This document shows, piece after piece, positions 55,616 through 64,000 of a DNA stretch of 64,000 bases. Under the pieces are notes generated by a model. The model ran no database searches, had not been told where the DNA came from, and worked only from the letters and a program-made list of their open reading frames with translations. Within the stretch, counting starts at the first letter, position 1; the number at the start of each line of letters is the position of its first letter. The stretch comes from Bacteroidia bacterium (GTDB lineage Bacteria; Bacteroidota; Bacteroidia; SpSt-205). The stretch spans positions 247,547 through 311,546 of the forward strand of contig JAOAHZ010000001.1 of NCBI GenBank assembly GCA_026414975.1, written 5' to 3'. A program made the translations under genes and the position numbers.

Positions 55616-57536
55616 TGCGGGTCCCTGGGTTTAGCCGTTCAGCGATGAGGGTGGCTTGCTCGCCATAAAGTTGCTTGAGGCGGGTGATGAGATTGGAGAG
55701 GCCTACGCCTTGCCCGATGCGGTCTAACTCTATGCCCGGGCCGTCGTCAGAAACCCGAATAATAACCTGACCCCCCTCCTCCCTCACCTCAATCTCCATC
55801 TGTACAGGTCTCGTAACCCGACCTACCGCATGCTTGATGACATTTTCAGCTAAAAGCTGTATGGCAAAAGGCGGAATACTAGCGATAGGACAGGGCTGCG
55901 ATACATTCCACTTGATACGGAGACGCTGCCCAAATCGCTGCTGCTCAATCTCTAAGTAATCTTGCACCAGAGATAACTCTTCCTCTAAGGGAACTACCAC
56001 TTGTCGTGCATGAGATAAACTGCGTCGTAGGAGCGTACCTAAACGACTCATGAGGGATTCAGCTAAGGAGGGATTCTCGCCTACCAAGGACTGAAGGGTA
56101 TTGAGGGCGTTGAAGAGAAAATGAGGGCTTAGCTGTCCTCGCAGGGCTGCTAATCTGGCTTCATGAGCAGCCTCAAAAAGCTCTGCATGGCGGAGGGCTA
56201 TGCTTAGCCCAGCGGCGAAAGGTAAAAGACGCTGAATGTCTTCTAACCGCAAGCGATAGGTACCCTCTTTCAAGCAAAGCCAGCCATAGGCAGGAAGGGG
56301 TAGAGCCACATCAGGTAAGAAAGATATTTTCTCAAGAGGAAAGGGGGCTGGCTCTCCCATCCGTTGTATCCAGGGGCGCTGACGCTCTGGTACTGAGTCA
56401 GGAGCCTTTAGAATAGCTATCTGCGAAATGGAAGCGTAGGCCTGCAGGGTCTCTTCAGCGAAGCGGATAAGGTCGGCTTTTTCTATGCGTTCCCAGAGGC
56501 GGGGGAGGCGCTCTTGGAGGAGACGGACGCGTCGCTGCTGGCTCTGAAGAAGACGGCGGATGGTTTCAATGAAGAGCAAGCTGGCACCCAATCCAGCTGC
56601 ACCCAAAAGAAGCTGAGCCAAAGGATTCTGGCCTAATAGAGCCACGCCGAGACCTGCAGGTACAATCAGCAAACGAAGGGCCATAACGCCTGGTGGTAAT
56701 AACTGAAATGCCCGCTGCACCCAGGGTAGGTATTCCAATATGCCGACCATGCCTAAAAGGGGGAGCAGGATAGGCCCTCTCAACCCCACCCAAACGCCCC
56801 ATAATGCTGCATAAAGAAGAGCTATTCGTTTAGGCAGCCACAGGGCCAAACTGCCAATGATGGCCTCTGCTAAAAAATACCGAGCTGGCCCTTGAATGAG
56901 AAAGGGCAGTCCTACTAAGGGTAAAAGGAGAGGTAGATGCCGAGGAGCAGACCCCCGAAGGAGTGTCCAGCTCCCCCAGAAGGCTAAGCTGATTTGGCCT
57001 AATAGAGCTCTATCGTAGAGCCCTTTCCCAGCCCACAGAAGCCACAAGCTACCAAATAGAAAGAGGGTCATTACGAGAGCGGCAAGCTGAGAGGGTGTCC
57101 GCTGAGGGCTTCCTTTCTCTGCAATGAATAGAAGCAAAACAATCCCGCCTAAAAGGACTGTCAAAGTCAAGTTTGTCGTCCAGCGATAGCTCAGCTCTGA
57201 CTCGGGCCACCCCAGTACAAAAGGCGCTATACTCTCCACAAAAATGAGATGGGTTTCGCCTTGTCGGCTTATCTCGTATAGGAATAGCTGTTGATGGCGC
57301 TCAGCGGGCGGTATATGGGACAGCTTACATGCCGGCTGGTAATCCACCCGCAGCAGGGTATCGCCTATTTCTACGGCGTTTTCGCTGAGAGTAGGTAGTT
57401 TGCTCTGAGCCACCCATTTACAATCGCTGGAGGGTCGCCAAACAATCCCATCGGTCAAAGGAGGCTGCCAGCCTGTCAGAACATGCCATGTAAAGAGCCC
57501 ACCTAATCCAACCAAGAGCCCCCCTAAGCGTCTCAC
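55530..57536 (-). CDS. Sensor histidine kinase of the LytS/YehU type (internal His_kinase + HATPase_c) with a polytopic N-terminal membrane domain.
   Basis: The N-terminal roughly 330 aa contain 7 or more TM helices. LSPHFLFNALNTLQSLV is the PF06580 His box. The HATPase region has N/G boxes (LLAENVIKHA, DDGPGI, GVGLSNL). A GTG start overlaps the pyk stop (GTGA). Confidence 0.75.
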   Translation of the reverse strand: MRRLGGLLVGLGGLFTWHVLTGWQPPLTDGIVWRPSSDCKWVAQSKLPTLSENAVEIGDTLLRVDYQPACKLSHIPPAERHQQLFLYEISRQGETHLIFVESIAPFVLGWPESELSYRWTTNLTLTVLLGGIVLLLFIAEKGSPQRTPSQLAALVMTLFLFGSLWLLWAGKGLYDRALLGQISLAFWGSWTLLRGSAPRHLPLLLPLVGLPFLIQGPARYFLAEAIIGSLALWLPKRIALLYAALWGVWVGLRGPILLPLLGMVGILEYLPWVQRAFQLLPPGVMALRLLIVPAGLGVALLGQNPLAQLLLGAAGLGASLLFIETIRRLLQSQQRRVRLLQERLPRLWERIEKADLIRFAEETLQAYASISQIAILKAPDSVPERQRPWIQRMGEPAPFPLEKISFLPDVALPLPAYGWLCLKEGTYRLRLEDIQRLLPFAAGLSIALRHAELFEAAHEARLAALRGQLSPHFLFNALNTLQSLVGENPSLAESLMSRLGTLLRRSLSHARQVVVPLEEELSLVQDYLEIEQQRFGQRLRIKWNVSQPCPIASIPPFAIQLLAENVIKHAVGRVTRPVQMEIEVREEGGQVIIRVSDDGPGIELDRIGQGVGLSNLITRLKQLYGEQATLIAERLNPGTRISMILSRRYPERDARTHNLAEGLSAHER

Positions 57537-58954
57537 GGCACTCGTGAAATGTATAGAGTATTAGTCCGGAGGCGTGCCCGGAGGGGCATGGAGACGGTAA
57601 ATATCACTGTATCACCATGGCTGACGTGTCCTAAGTCTTTCAAGATATGCAGGACATCTTGAATGGTGTCGTAAGTGCCCTCCTTACGGCGATAGTAGTA
57701 AGCCCTAACCCCCCATAAAAGGCTGAGCCCGCCAAGAATGCGGGGATTAGGCGTAAAAATGAATATGTCGGTCTGGGGTCTCCATCGAGCAAGCTGAAAA
57801 GCCGTATAGCCCGAGTAAGTTAGTCCTACGAGAGCTCGAGCCCCTACCTCTGAAGCCAGCGTGCAAGCTGTCCAGCATACTGCATCAGAGTGATAAGTGG
57901 GTGAAGTAGGGCTAGGCTGCCCGGAGAGCCGATAGATTTGGAGGTCGGCCTCAGCTTGACGAAGGATTCGCTGCATCTGTCGTACCGCTTCCACGGGATA
58001 GGCGCCTACTGAAGTTTCTCCGCTCAGCATGACTGCATCGGCACCATCCAGTACGGCATTGGCGACATCTGTAACCTCCGCTCGGGTCGGGGAGGGATTC
58101 TGAATCATGCTCTCTAACATTTGGGTGGCGACCACGACGGGTTTGCCCAGAATATTACAGGTACGAACGATCCGTTTCTGCCAAAAGGGTACTTCTTCCA
58201 CGGGGATTTCTACGCCTAAGTCGCCGCGGGCCACCATTACGCCGTCGCTGAGCTGAATGATTTCCTCCAGATTTGCTAAGGCCTCTGGGCGCTCTATTTT
58301 AGCCATGATACGCGTGCTGGAGCCAAAACGCCTCAGCATTTGTCTCACCATTTGAATATCCGACGGGTAGCGCACAAATGATATGGCTACCCAATCCAGC
58401 TCCTGCCGAATCACTTCTAAGAGGTCCTCCCAATCCTTGTCAGAGAGGGTAGGTAGCGAAATAGGGCGTCCTGGCAGGTTGATTCCCTTGCGGCTGCCTA
58501 TGCGATCGCCTGCTATAACTTGAAGGCGAACGCTGCTCCGCTTATCGGTTTCTAAAACTCTCAATCGTACTCGTCCATCTTCCACCAGCACTATATCGCC
58601 GGGTTCTACATCCTGAGCTAAGGTCTCATATTCCACGGGTATCGCCCCGTTAGTGGGCTTTGTAGAAAAGATTACCACATCGCCTGCACGGATAGGTATC
58701 GGTTGGTCAAGTTTACCAATGCGCATTTTAGGTCCCTGCAAATCGGCTAAGAGCGCTATATGAGTGCCAAGCTGGAGGTTGAGCCGCCGCACTCGGTCTA
58801 TGACCTGACGGTGGGTTGCCCAGTTTCCATGGCTCAGATTCAGGCGTATCACGTCTACGCCTGCTTCAATGAGTTCTCGCAAAACGTCCTCTGATTCACA
58901 GGCTGGACCCGCCGTGGCGATAATCTTGACTCGGTTATAGGAAATGGCATTCAT
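57533..58954 (-). CDS. pyk: Pyruvate kinase.
   Basis: MNAISYNRVKIIATAGPA ... LSHG ... motifs, and MVARGDLGVEIP. The start is set at the ATG 2 codons into the track ORF. Confidence 0.9.
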   Translation of the reverse strand: MNAISYNRVKIIATAGPACESEDVLRELIEAGVDVIRLNLSHGNWATHRQVIDRVRRLNLQLGTHIALLADLQGPKMRIGKLDQPIPIRAGDVVIFSTKPTNGAIPVEYETLAQDVEPGDIVLVEDGRVRLRVLETDKRSSVRLQVIAGDRIGSRKGINLPGRPISLPTLSDKDWEDLLEVIRQELDWVAISFVRYPSDIQMVRQMLRRFGSSTRIMAKIERPEALANLEEIIQLSDGVMVARGDLGVEIPVEEVPFWQKRIVRTCNILGKPVVVATQMLESMIQNPSPTRAEVTDVANAVLDGADAVMLSGETSVGAYPVEAVRQMQRILRQAEADLQIYRLSGQPSPTSPTYHSDAVCWTACTLASEVGARALVGLTYSGYTAFQLARWRPQTDIFIFTPNPRILGGLSLLWGVRAYYYRRKEGTYDTIQDVLHILKDLGHVSHGDTVIFTVSMPLRARLRTNTLYISRVP

Positions 58955-58956
58955 AT

Positions 58957-59502
58957 TCACCCAGGAAAAAAAGACCTTATCCAGATTTTCAGCTCTGGTA
59001 GGCCCTCTTCGCTACGGGCAGAGATGAAGCCCTTCCAAATCGCCTTAGGAAAAGCGCCTAAAAGAACCCGCCGTTGTTGATGACGCTCCGATTGAGAGAG
59101 CTTATCTGCTTTCGTAGCCAGCACAGCGTAAGGCAAGCCGAGATGCTCTAATAAGCGTACCCACTCTATATCCAACCGCTGGGGTGGATGCCGACTATCT
59201 ACAAGCACGCAGATCAGGGGACGCACCTTCTCCAAGAAGAGGAGTTTTTGTCGTAGCCAGGATTGCCGTTGGGCTTGAGAGACGGTAGCATAACCATACC
59301 CTGGCATATCTGCCCAAAGAAAGGGGTCATCGGTTTCATACAACCACACTGCGCGTGTGCGCCCTGGTTGGCTGCTCACAGGGGCCACGGCCTTGCCTAT
59401 CAGGCGATTTAGGAGTGAAGATTTGCCTACATTTGAGCGACCTGAAAAAGCTACTACAGGCTTTTGAAGCACATCACCTGAAAAGACAAAGCGGCGTCGC
59501 AT
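58957..59502 (-). CDS. engB: Ribosome biogenesis GTPase YsxC/EngB.
   Basis: G1 VVAFSGRSNVGKSSLLNRL; the G2-G4 regions are present (DMPGYGYA, TKADK). Confidence 0.85.
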   Translation of the reverse strand: MRRRFVFSGDVLQKPVVAFSGRSNVGKSSLLNRLIGKAVAPVSSQPGRTRAVWLYETDDPFLWADMPGYGYATVSQAQRQSWLRQKLLFLEKVRPLICVLVDSRHPPQRLDIEWVRLLEHLGLPYAVLATKADKLSQSERHQQRRVLLGAFPKAIWKGFISARSEEGLPELKIWIRSFFPG

Positions 59503-59505
59503 GGC

Positions 59506-60111
59506 CTACCACCTTTCTCCAGCTAACACGGATAGACAAAGCCGATTTTGAGGCGGATATGGCAGACAAATGTAGGCGGGGTTATAGGCGCAGTACGGGA
59601 AATAAGCCCGATTGAAGTCTAAACAGGCTTTCTTGCCCTGAATCTCTACCGGCACATACCGTCCACCCTCGTAGCTAAGGCCCTGAGCAGCCGTAGAGTC
59701 CCAAAAAGCTATATAAGGCTCTTCACCCCCTCTGCTGCCATAAACTAAAAGTGGAGTGGGCTTTTTACAGGAGTCCAAGGAGGGTAAATCTACCCACACT
59801 TGGCCTATCACGGGTGCTAAGGCCCTTGGTAGAGCTTCATACCACCCTACTATCCTCCAACAGCTATCTAACCTAAAATAACGCAATCCCCTAAAACTTC
59901 TGCGGTCTGGCGTAGGAATAGGAGAGCGTTCGCTTGTTTGGAATACACTGTCCTTGTATAGCCGAGCTGCTTCCAAAGTTTTAGCGTACTCGCTCCATGG
60001 CAACTCGCAAAGGGGGCGAAAAGCTGGTTTGCTTTGTTTTTTCCGAGGTAGAAGAAGGACTCCTACGATCACCAAGAGGATAGAGAGACCTACCCAGATT
60101 GTCCGACGCAT
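59506..60111 (-). CDS. DUF1684 domain protein with an N-terminal TM anchor.
   Basis: TM helix IWVGLSILLVIVGVLLL. The C-terminal segment GGRYVPVE ... LDFNRAYFPYCAYNPAYICLPYPPQNRL ... AGE matches the DUF1684 signature. The start ATG shares 1 nt with the metF TAA (TAATG). The longer track ORF (to 60228) would overlap metF by 117 nt. Confidence 0.6.
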   Translation of the reverse strand: MRRTIWVGLSILLVIVGVLLLPRKKQSKPAFRPLCELPWSEYAKTLEAARLYKDSVFQTSERSPIPTPDRRSFRGLRYFRLDSCWRIVGWYEALPRALAPVIGQVWVDLPSLDSCKKPTPLLVYGSRGGEEPYIAFWDSTAAQGLSYEGGRYVPVEIQGKKACLDFNRAYFPYCAYNPAYICLPYPPQNRLCLSVLAGERW

Positions 60112-61064
60112 TAGTCTAACCGAAGCCTTTCCATCAGCCGTATCAAGGGTTTGGTATATAGCATCGTGTAGAAGTGTAAATTCTTGACGCCATGGGCCAA
60201 AAGGTCTATCGCTTGTTGGTAGGCCCATTCTAAGCCGATTTCTAAGACCTCCTTGTCATCTTTAGCCTCCAATACGGCCTGGGTCAGAGGCTCGGGAATA
60301 GAGATATGAAATGACCTTGGCAAGGAATACACATGCTCACGCTTTGTAAGAATCTTGAGACCAGGAATGATCGGGATGTAAATCCCTGCCTGACGAGCCT
60401 TTTCCACAAAGGCGTAGTAGTAGGCGTTGTCAAAAAACATCTGGGTGATAGCATAACTGGCGCCTGCATCTTGTTTACGCTTGAGATTAGCGATGTCAAA
60501 GGCGAGATTGGGGGCTTGATAATGCTTCTCTGGGTAGGCAGCGACCCCTACGCAGAAGTTGGTGGGTTGGGCATCGGTTAGGTCGTCCAAATATCGTCCA
60601 TGATTCATGGCGATAATCTGTTCCACTAGCTCGTAAGCGTACTGATTGATAGTGCGATCGGGGCGGGGGGGACGAGCGTATGTTTCTTCTCCTTGAAGGG
60701 CCAGTACATTTTCAACCCCGAGGTAATGTAGTTCTATCAGGGCATCTTCGGTCTCCTCCCGAGTAAAACCATGACAGAGCAAGTGAGGGACGGGTTCTAT
60801 GTTATACTTATACTTGATAACAGCGCATATCCCGAAAGTTCCTGGGCTGCGGCGCTTGACTCGCCGGCGAAAAGTACCATCGGGCTGCTCCTGCCATACC
60901 ACTTCGGCGGCATGACTGGTGATGTTGATATAGCGGGGCCGATGGGGAATAAGACTCTCTACAGCGTTATACACTTGGTGAATACTGCTGCCCCGCCGAG
61001 GCGGAATAATCTCTACGCTAATAAAGGGGCCTGTTTCTCTCGCCAAGATGTCGGCGATTTGCAT
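60111..61064 (-). CDS. metF: 5,10-methylenetetrahydrofolate reductase.
   Basis: MQIADILARETGPFISVEIIPPRRG ... ITSHAAE ... the FAD-binding TIM barrel. Confidence 0.85.
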   Translation of the reverse strand: MQIADILARETGPFISVEIIPPRRGSSIHQVYNAVESLIPHRPRYINITSHAAEVVWQEQPDGTFRRRVKRRSPGTFGICAVIKYKYNIEPVPHLLCHGFTREETEDALIELHYLGVENVLALQGEETYARPPRPDRTINQYAYELVEQIIAMNHGRYLDDLTDAQPTNFCVGVAAYPEKHYQAPNLAFDIANLKRKQDAGASYAITQMFFDNAYYYAFVEKARQAGIYIPIIPGLKILTKREHVYSLPRSFHISIPEPLTQAVLEAKDDKEVLEIGLEWAYQQAIDLLAHGVKNLHFYTMLYTKPLIRLMERLRLD

Positions 61065-61067
61065 GCC

Positions 61068-61391
61068 TCAAAGTTCCCAAATCTCAGCGAAATACTCAAT
61101 CAGCGCTTTCCGCAAAAAAGCTCGCTGTTCGGCCGGTTTCCATGAAGGAAGCGGACGCGTGCGCTCCCATTGAGGCCATCCATCTTGATCTTGTCCTACT
61201 TCTCGCACGTACCCAGCTCGCTCTAAGAGCACCAGCGTACCTAACTGAATAAGGTTGAGCTTTACGGTTCTCTCTTCTCCTTCAGGAAAGTAGCCCATCC
61301 GATTCAAGCCAACCAGAAAAAGCGAGACCTCCTCTGAAGGTGTAATGGCGTATCGCCGTTCTATTTCTGCGCAGAGCGTTTCCCAATCCAT
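61068..61391 (-). CDS. Hypothetical small protein (107 aa) between tal and metF.
   Basis: An ORF with a 3-nt gap to metF; coding-like composition; no recognisable motif. Confidence 0.4.
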   Translation of the reverse strand: MDWETLCAEIERRYAITPSEEVSLFLVGLNRMGYFPEGEERTVKLNLIQLGTLVLLERAGYVREVGQDQDGWPQWERTRPLPSWKPAEQRAFLRKALIEYFAEIWEL

Positions 61392-61462
61392 TCTACTACA
61401 GGGTGCAGGCCTGGTCCAGAGGAAGGCTTTGACTAAGTCCTTGGTGGAGAGAGCTCAGATGG

Positions 61463-62116
61463 TTAGGAGGGGAGCTTGAGTTTTTCATAATCGGCCAGAA
61501 ACTGCGAAAGCCCCTTTTCGGTGAGAGGGTGCTGGAAGAGCTGCTTGATGACGGAAAAGGGCATGGTGGCTACATCAGCCCCTTCCATAGCAGCCTGTAG
61601 CACATGAAGCGGATGGCGAATGCTTGCCGCCAGTATCTTCGTCTGAAAGCCGTAGTTGTCAAAAATTTGACGAATTTGACGAATCAGTTCCATACCTTCA
61701 TGACCGACATCGTCTAATCGCCCGATAAAGGGGCTCACGTAGGTTGCCCCAGCCTTCGCAGCGATTAAGGCTTGTAGAGGAGAAAAAATCAAGGTGCAGT
61801 TGGTAGGGATACCTTCTTCGCTCAGAGAACGCAGAGCTTTCACCCCATCGGGAATAAAGGGAATCTTGACTACGATATTAGGCGCAAGGCTATGTAGATG
61901 TCGGGCTTCCGCTAACATGTCTGCATAGCCCGTGCTGATAACTTCAGCGCTTACAGGACCCCTTGTTAGACGAGCTATGGCTTTGTAATGGGCATCAAAG
62001 TCTCTGACACCAGCTTTGGCCATGAGCGATGGATTGGTAGTTACACCGTCAAGGATACCCAAGGCTGCCGCTTCCTCTATCTCAGATAGCAAGGCCGTGT
62101 CTATGAAAAACTGCAT
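61463..62116 (-). CDS. tal: Transaldolase / fructose-6-phosphate aldolase (short type).
   Basis: MQFFIDTALLSEIEEAAALGILDGVTTNPSLMAKAG ... VVKIP (the Schiff-base Lys region). Confidence 0.85.
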   Translation of the reverse strand: MQFFIDTALLSEIEEAAALGILDGVTTNPSLMAKAGVRDFDAHYKAIARLTRGPVSAEVISTGYADMLAEARHLHSLAPNIVVKIPFIPDGVKALRSLSEEGIPTNCTLIFSPLQALIAAKAGATYVSPFIGRLDDVGHEGMELIRQIRQIFDNYGFQTKILAASIRHPLHVLQAAMEGADVATMPFSVIKQLFQHPLTEKGLSQFLADYEKLKLPS

Positions 62117-62259
62117 ATTGCAAAGTTAAGTCTGAAGCCGTATTGGCCCATGATGATTTTCGGGCTATCTATTGAAGCAGGAAAAGAGACGGCGTTCCCT
62201 ATCAAACCTTAGGTTCGGTATCATACCGTGAGAGCGCGTGGATTTTTGTTTATTTGGCT

Positions 62260-63066
62260 ATGCGGGCTTCAGCCCTCGCCATTCTAACGCTTTTTCTAAA
62301 TGGTTGCCTCAAGCTAATAGATGTAGATGTACCATCCGATGCGGGCGAGTGGGTTATAGAGGCCTACTATAGCGATGAGGATAGCGCGGTAGCTCGGGTG
62401 TCTCAGACCGTACCGTACTTCGGAGAAGGCCGCCCTCTCCTCATTTCTGAAGCGTTAGTTACCTTGGAGGAAATAGAAACCGGAGCCATCGATACGCTGC
62501 GATGGCGAGATTCCCTGTATGTAAGGGTGCATGGGCGGGTCTCTCCTCAAGCGGGCCATACTTATCGCCTGCAGGTGCGCATAGGAGAAGAAGATATACA
62601 AGCCATATCTCGCATGCCCCGTCGGGTCCCCTTAGATACTCTATTGGCTTTACGACGCCCCTCTTCAAGTTCGTCTTCCCAAGAATATCGGGTGATCGCC
62701 TTCGCAAGGGATCCGCTTGGGGAGCAGAACGCTTATCGAGCCCGCGTTAGGAGGAACGATACCCTTTTCAACCGAGCTTTTGAGTGGATATACGCTGATG
62801 ACCGCTACATAGATGGGCGTCCTATTGTATTTGAGTTTCCTTACCCTCTGATGGTCGGTGATACGATTAGCATAGAGATTATGGCTCTTCCTATCGAGGT
62901 TGTACGGTACTACGACCAGGTACTGAGAAATGCTTTTGGCGGAAGTGGTGGATTCAGCCCACCCCCTGATAACGCCTACTCCAACTACACAGGTGGTAAG
63001 CGACGGGTATGGGGCTATTTCTTTTGCTACGCCAGTGATAAAAAAGGCTTACGAATCCAGCCATAG
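62260..63066 (+). CDS. Lipoprotein, DUF4249-like.
   Basis: Lipobox MRASALAILTLFLNGCLK (ATG 62260; the track start 62254 is TTG). Its size and Ig-like N-terminal region match DUF4249 proteins of Bacteroidota. Confidence 0.4.
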   Translation: MRASALAILTLFLNGCLKLIDVDVPSDAGEWVIEAYYSDEDSAVARVSQTVPYFGEGRPLLISEALVTLEEIETGAIDTLRWRDSLYVRVHGRVSPQAGHTYRLQVRIGEEDIQAISRMPRRVPLDTLLALRRPSSSSSSQEYRVIAFARDPLGEQNAYRARVRRNDTLFNRAFEWIYADDRYIDGRPIVFEFPYPLMVGDTISIEIMALPIEVVRYYDQVLRNAFGGSGGFSPPPDNAYSNYTGGKRRVWGYFFCYASDKKGLRIQP

Positions 63067-63077
63067 CCCCACTCAAC

Positions 63078-63647
63078 ATGCCCATCATTCGCCCTATACG
63101 GGGTAAAGTCCCTCAGATTGGACGGGATACCTTTATTGCAGAAAACGCCGTCATAATCGGCGATGTACTCATAGGCGACTCCTGCAGCATATGGTACCAC
63201 GTCGTGATCCGAGGAGATGTTCATTTTATCCGAATAGGGAACCGTACCAATATTCAAGATGGAGCCGTCCTGCACTGTAGTTATCAGAAAGCCCCCTTGA
63301 CCATCGGGAATGAAGTAACCATCGGTCATAGAGCTGTGATACATGGCTGTACGATTGGTGATCGAGTCGTGATAGGAATGGGGGCTATCATACTGGATCA
63401 CGCTCAAGTCCCTGATGATGTATTTATCGCTGCTGGAGCCCTCATCCCTCAAAATGCTAAGCTGGAGTCCGGATACCTTTATGCTGGAATCCCTGCTCGT
63501 CCCATCAGAACCCTCTCGCCTGAGGAGCTGACCGAGCTGAAGTTATACGCCGATCGGTACGTGATGTATAAAGCCTGGTATGAGTCTGTAACGGAGGGGC
63601 TGGATTCACCTTTATCCACAAGTTCCAAACAAGAACTACAGGGCTAA
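63078..63647 (+). CDS. Gamma-class carbonic anhydrase / hexapeptide-repeat (LbH) family protein (PaaY/YrdA-like).
   Basis: Hexapeptide repeats (IGDVLIGDSCSIWYHVVIRGD ...) with the His ligand pattern H..VIHG. Confidence 0.8.
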   Translation: MPIIRPIRGKVPQIGRDTFIAENAVIIGDVLIGDSCSIWYHVVIRGDVHFIRIGNRTNIQDGAVLHCSYQKAPLTIGNEVTIGHRAVIHGCTIGDRVVIGMGAIILDHAQVPDDVFIAAGALIPQNAKLESGYLYAGIPARPIRTLSPEELTELKLYADRYVMYKAWYESVTEGLDSPLSTSSKQELQG

Positions 63648-63697
63648 GGTCAAGCCTTTCTCCTAAAAGTGGAGCCTTTTCTTTACCTTAGGGCCCT

Positions 63698-64000
63698 ATG
63701 CGGGTCCTCCCGGGATGTGCGGTGAAGCTACAATATACGTTGTCCGATGAAAATGGACAGATTCTGTATCAAAGCGAGGAGCCTTTAGAATTCACGGTGG
63801 GAGAAGGGGAAGTCTTACCTGCTTTTGAAGAGGCTATTTTGGATATGGAAGTAGGGGAACGGAAGACCTTTACCCTTACACCGGAAGAGGCCTTCGGTCC
63901 GTATCAGCCAGAGTGGGTATTTCAGCTCAGTCGGCGGCAGTTAGAGGGCGATGAGGGAGAACCTATACAACCCGGACAAGCCCTTACCCTCTACACTCCC
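63698..64000 (+). CDS. FKBP-type peptidyl-prolyl cis-trans isomerase (SlyD/FkpB-like). The 3' end is truncated by the window edge.
   Basis: MRVLPGCAVKLQYTLSDENGQILYQSEEPLEFTVGEGEVLPAFEEAILDMEVGERKTF ... is the FKBP fold signature. A TACCTTAG box lies 6 nt upstream. Confidence 0.75.
   Translation, partial: MRVLPGCAVKLQYTLSDENGQILYQSEEPLEFTVGEGEVLPAFEEAILDMEVGERKTFTLTPEEAFGPYQPEWVFQLSRRQLEGDEGEPIQPGQALTLYTP

Noticed and set aside
1-64000. A search for tRNA, rRNA, tmRNA, CRISPR arrays and IS/transposase/integrase genes.
   Set aside because: No cloverleaf-like GTTCGAATCC-type T-arm motifs in intergenic DNA, no short direct-repeat/spacer periodicity, and no DDE or tyrosine recombinase motifs were seen. 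The region looks like conserved chromosome, not an island. A tRNAscan or CRISPR finder run would be the definitive check.

Overview
This window is a chromosomal, core-genome-like stretch from a Bacteroidota-type organism of roughly 55-58 % GC. Lineage is supported by a T9SS C-terminal sorting domain, a GWxTD protein, DUF2723/DUF4249/DUF3276/DUF1684 proteins, an OmpA protein with thrombospondin type-3 repeats, and TAnnTTTG-type promoter boxes without Shine-Dalgarno sequences. It is densely packed with about 52 supportable CDSs and few long gaps. I found no tRNA or rRNA genes, no CRISPR array, and no transposase or integrase. The main blocks are: (i) a complete alternative complex III operon actABCDEF, in which ActA carries six CxxCH motifs because of an N-terminal monoheme domain fusion; (ii) two large PAS/GAF-PP2C (SpoIIE-type) signalling phosphatases; (iii) two TonB-dependent receptors; (iv) an asparaginase_2-family Ntn hydrolase whose stop overlaps (ATGA) the start of a tandem-AAA+ ATPase, the most system-like unexplained pair in the window; (v) housekeeping genes proS, a CBS-domain cystathionine beta-synthase-like gene, folD, speA-like and speB-like polyamine genes, rluB-like, rpmI-rplT, fabD, dnaG, hpf, pyk, engB, metF, tal, and a gamma-carbonic anhydrase; (vi) a minus-strand cell-envelope cluster of FG-GAP/OmpA, GT2, a vWA two-anchor protein and a putative lipoprotein. 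Recurring sequence-level signals are a TACCTT(T/A)G box 4-7 nt upstream of many ATGs (suggesting leaderless mRNAs), a [W/F]AQ motif at the C-terminal end of signal peptides, 81-nt TSP3 tandem repeats, and an 18-nt GPTWGW repeat inside a W/G-rich lipoprotein. All functional calls come from reading motifs in the supplied translations; I ran no database searches.
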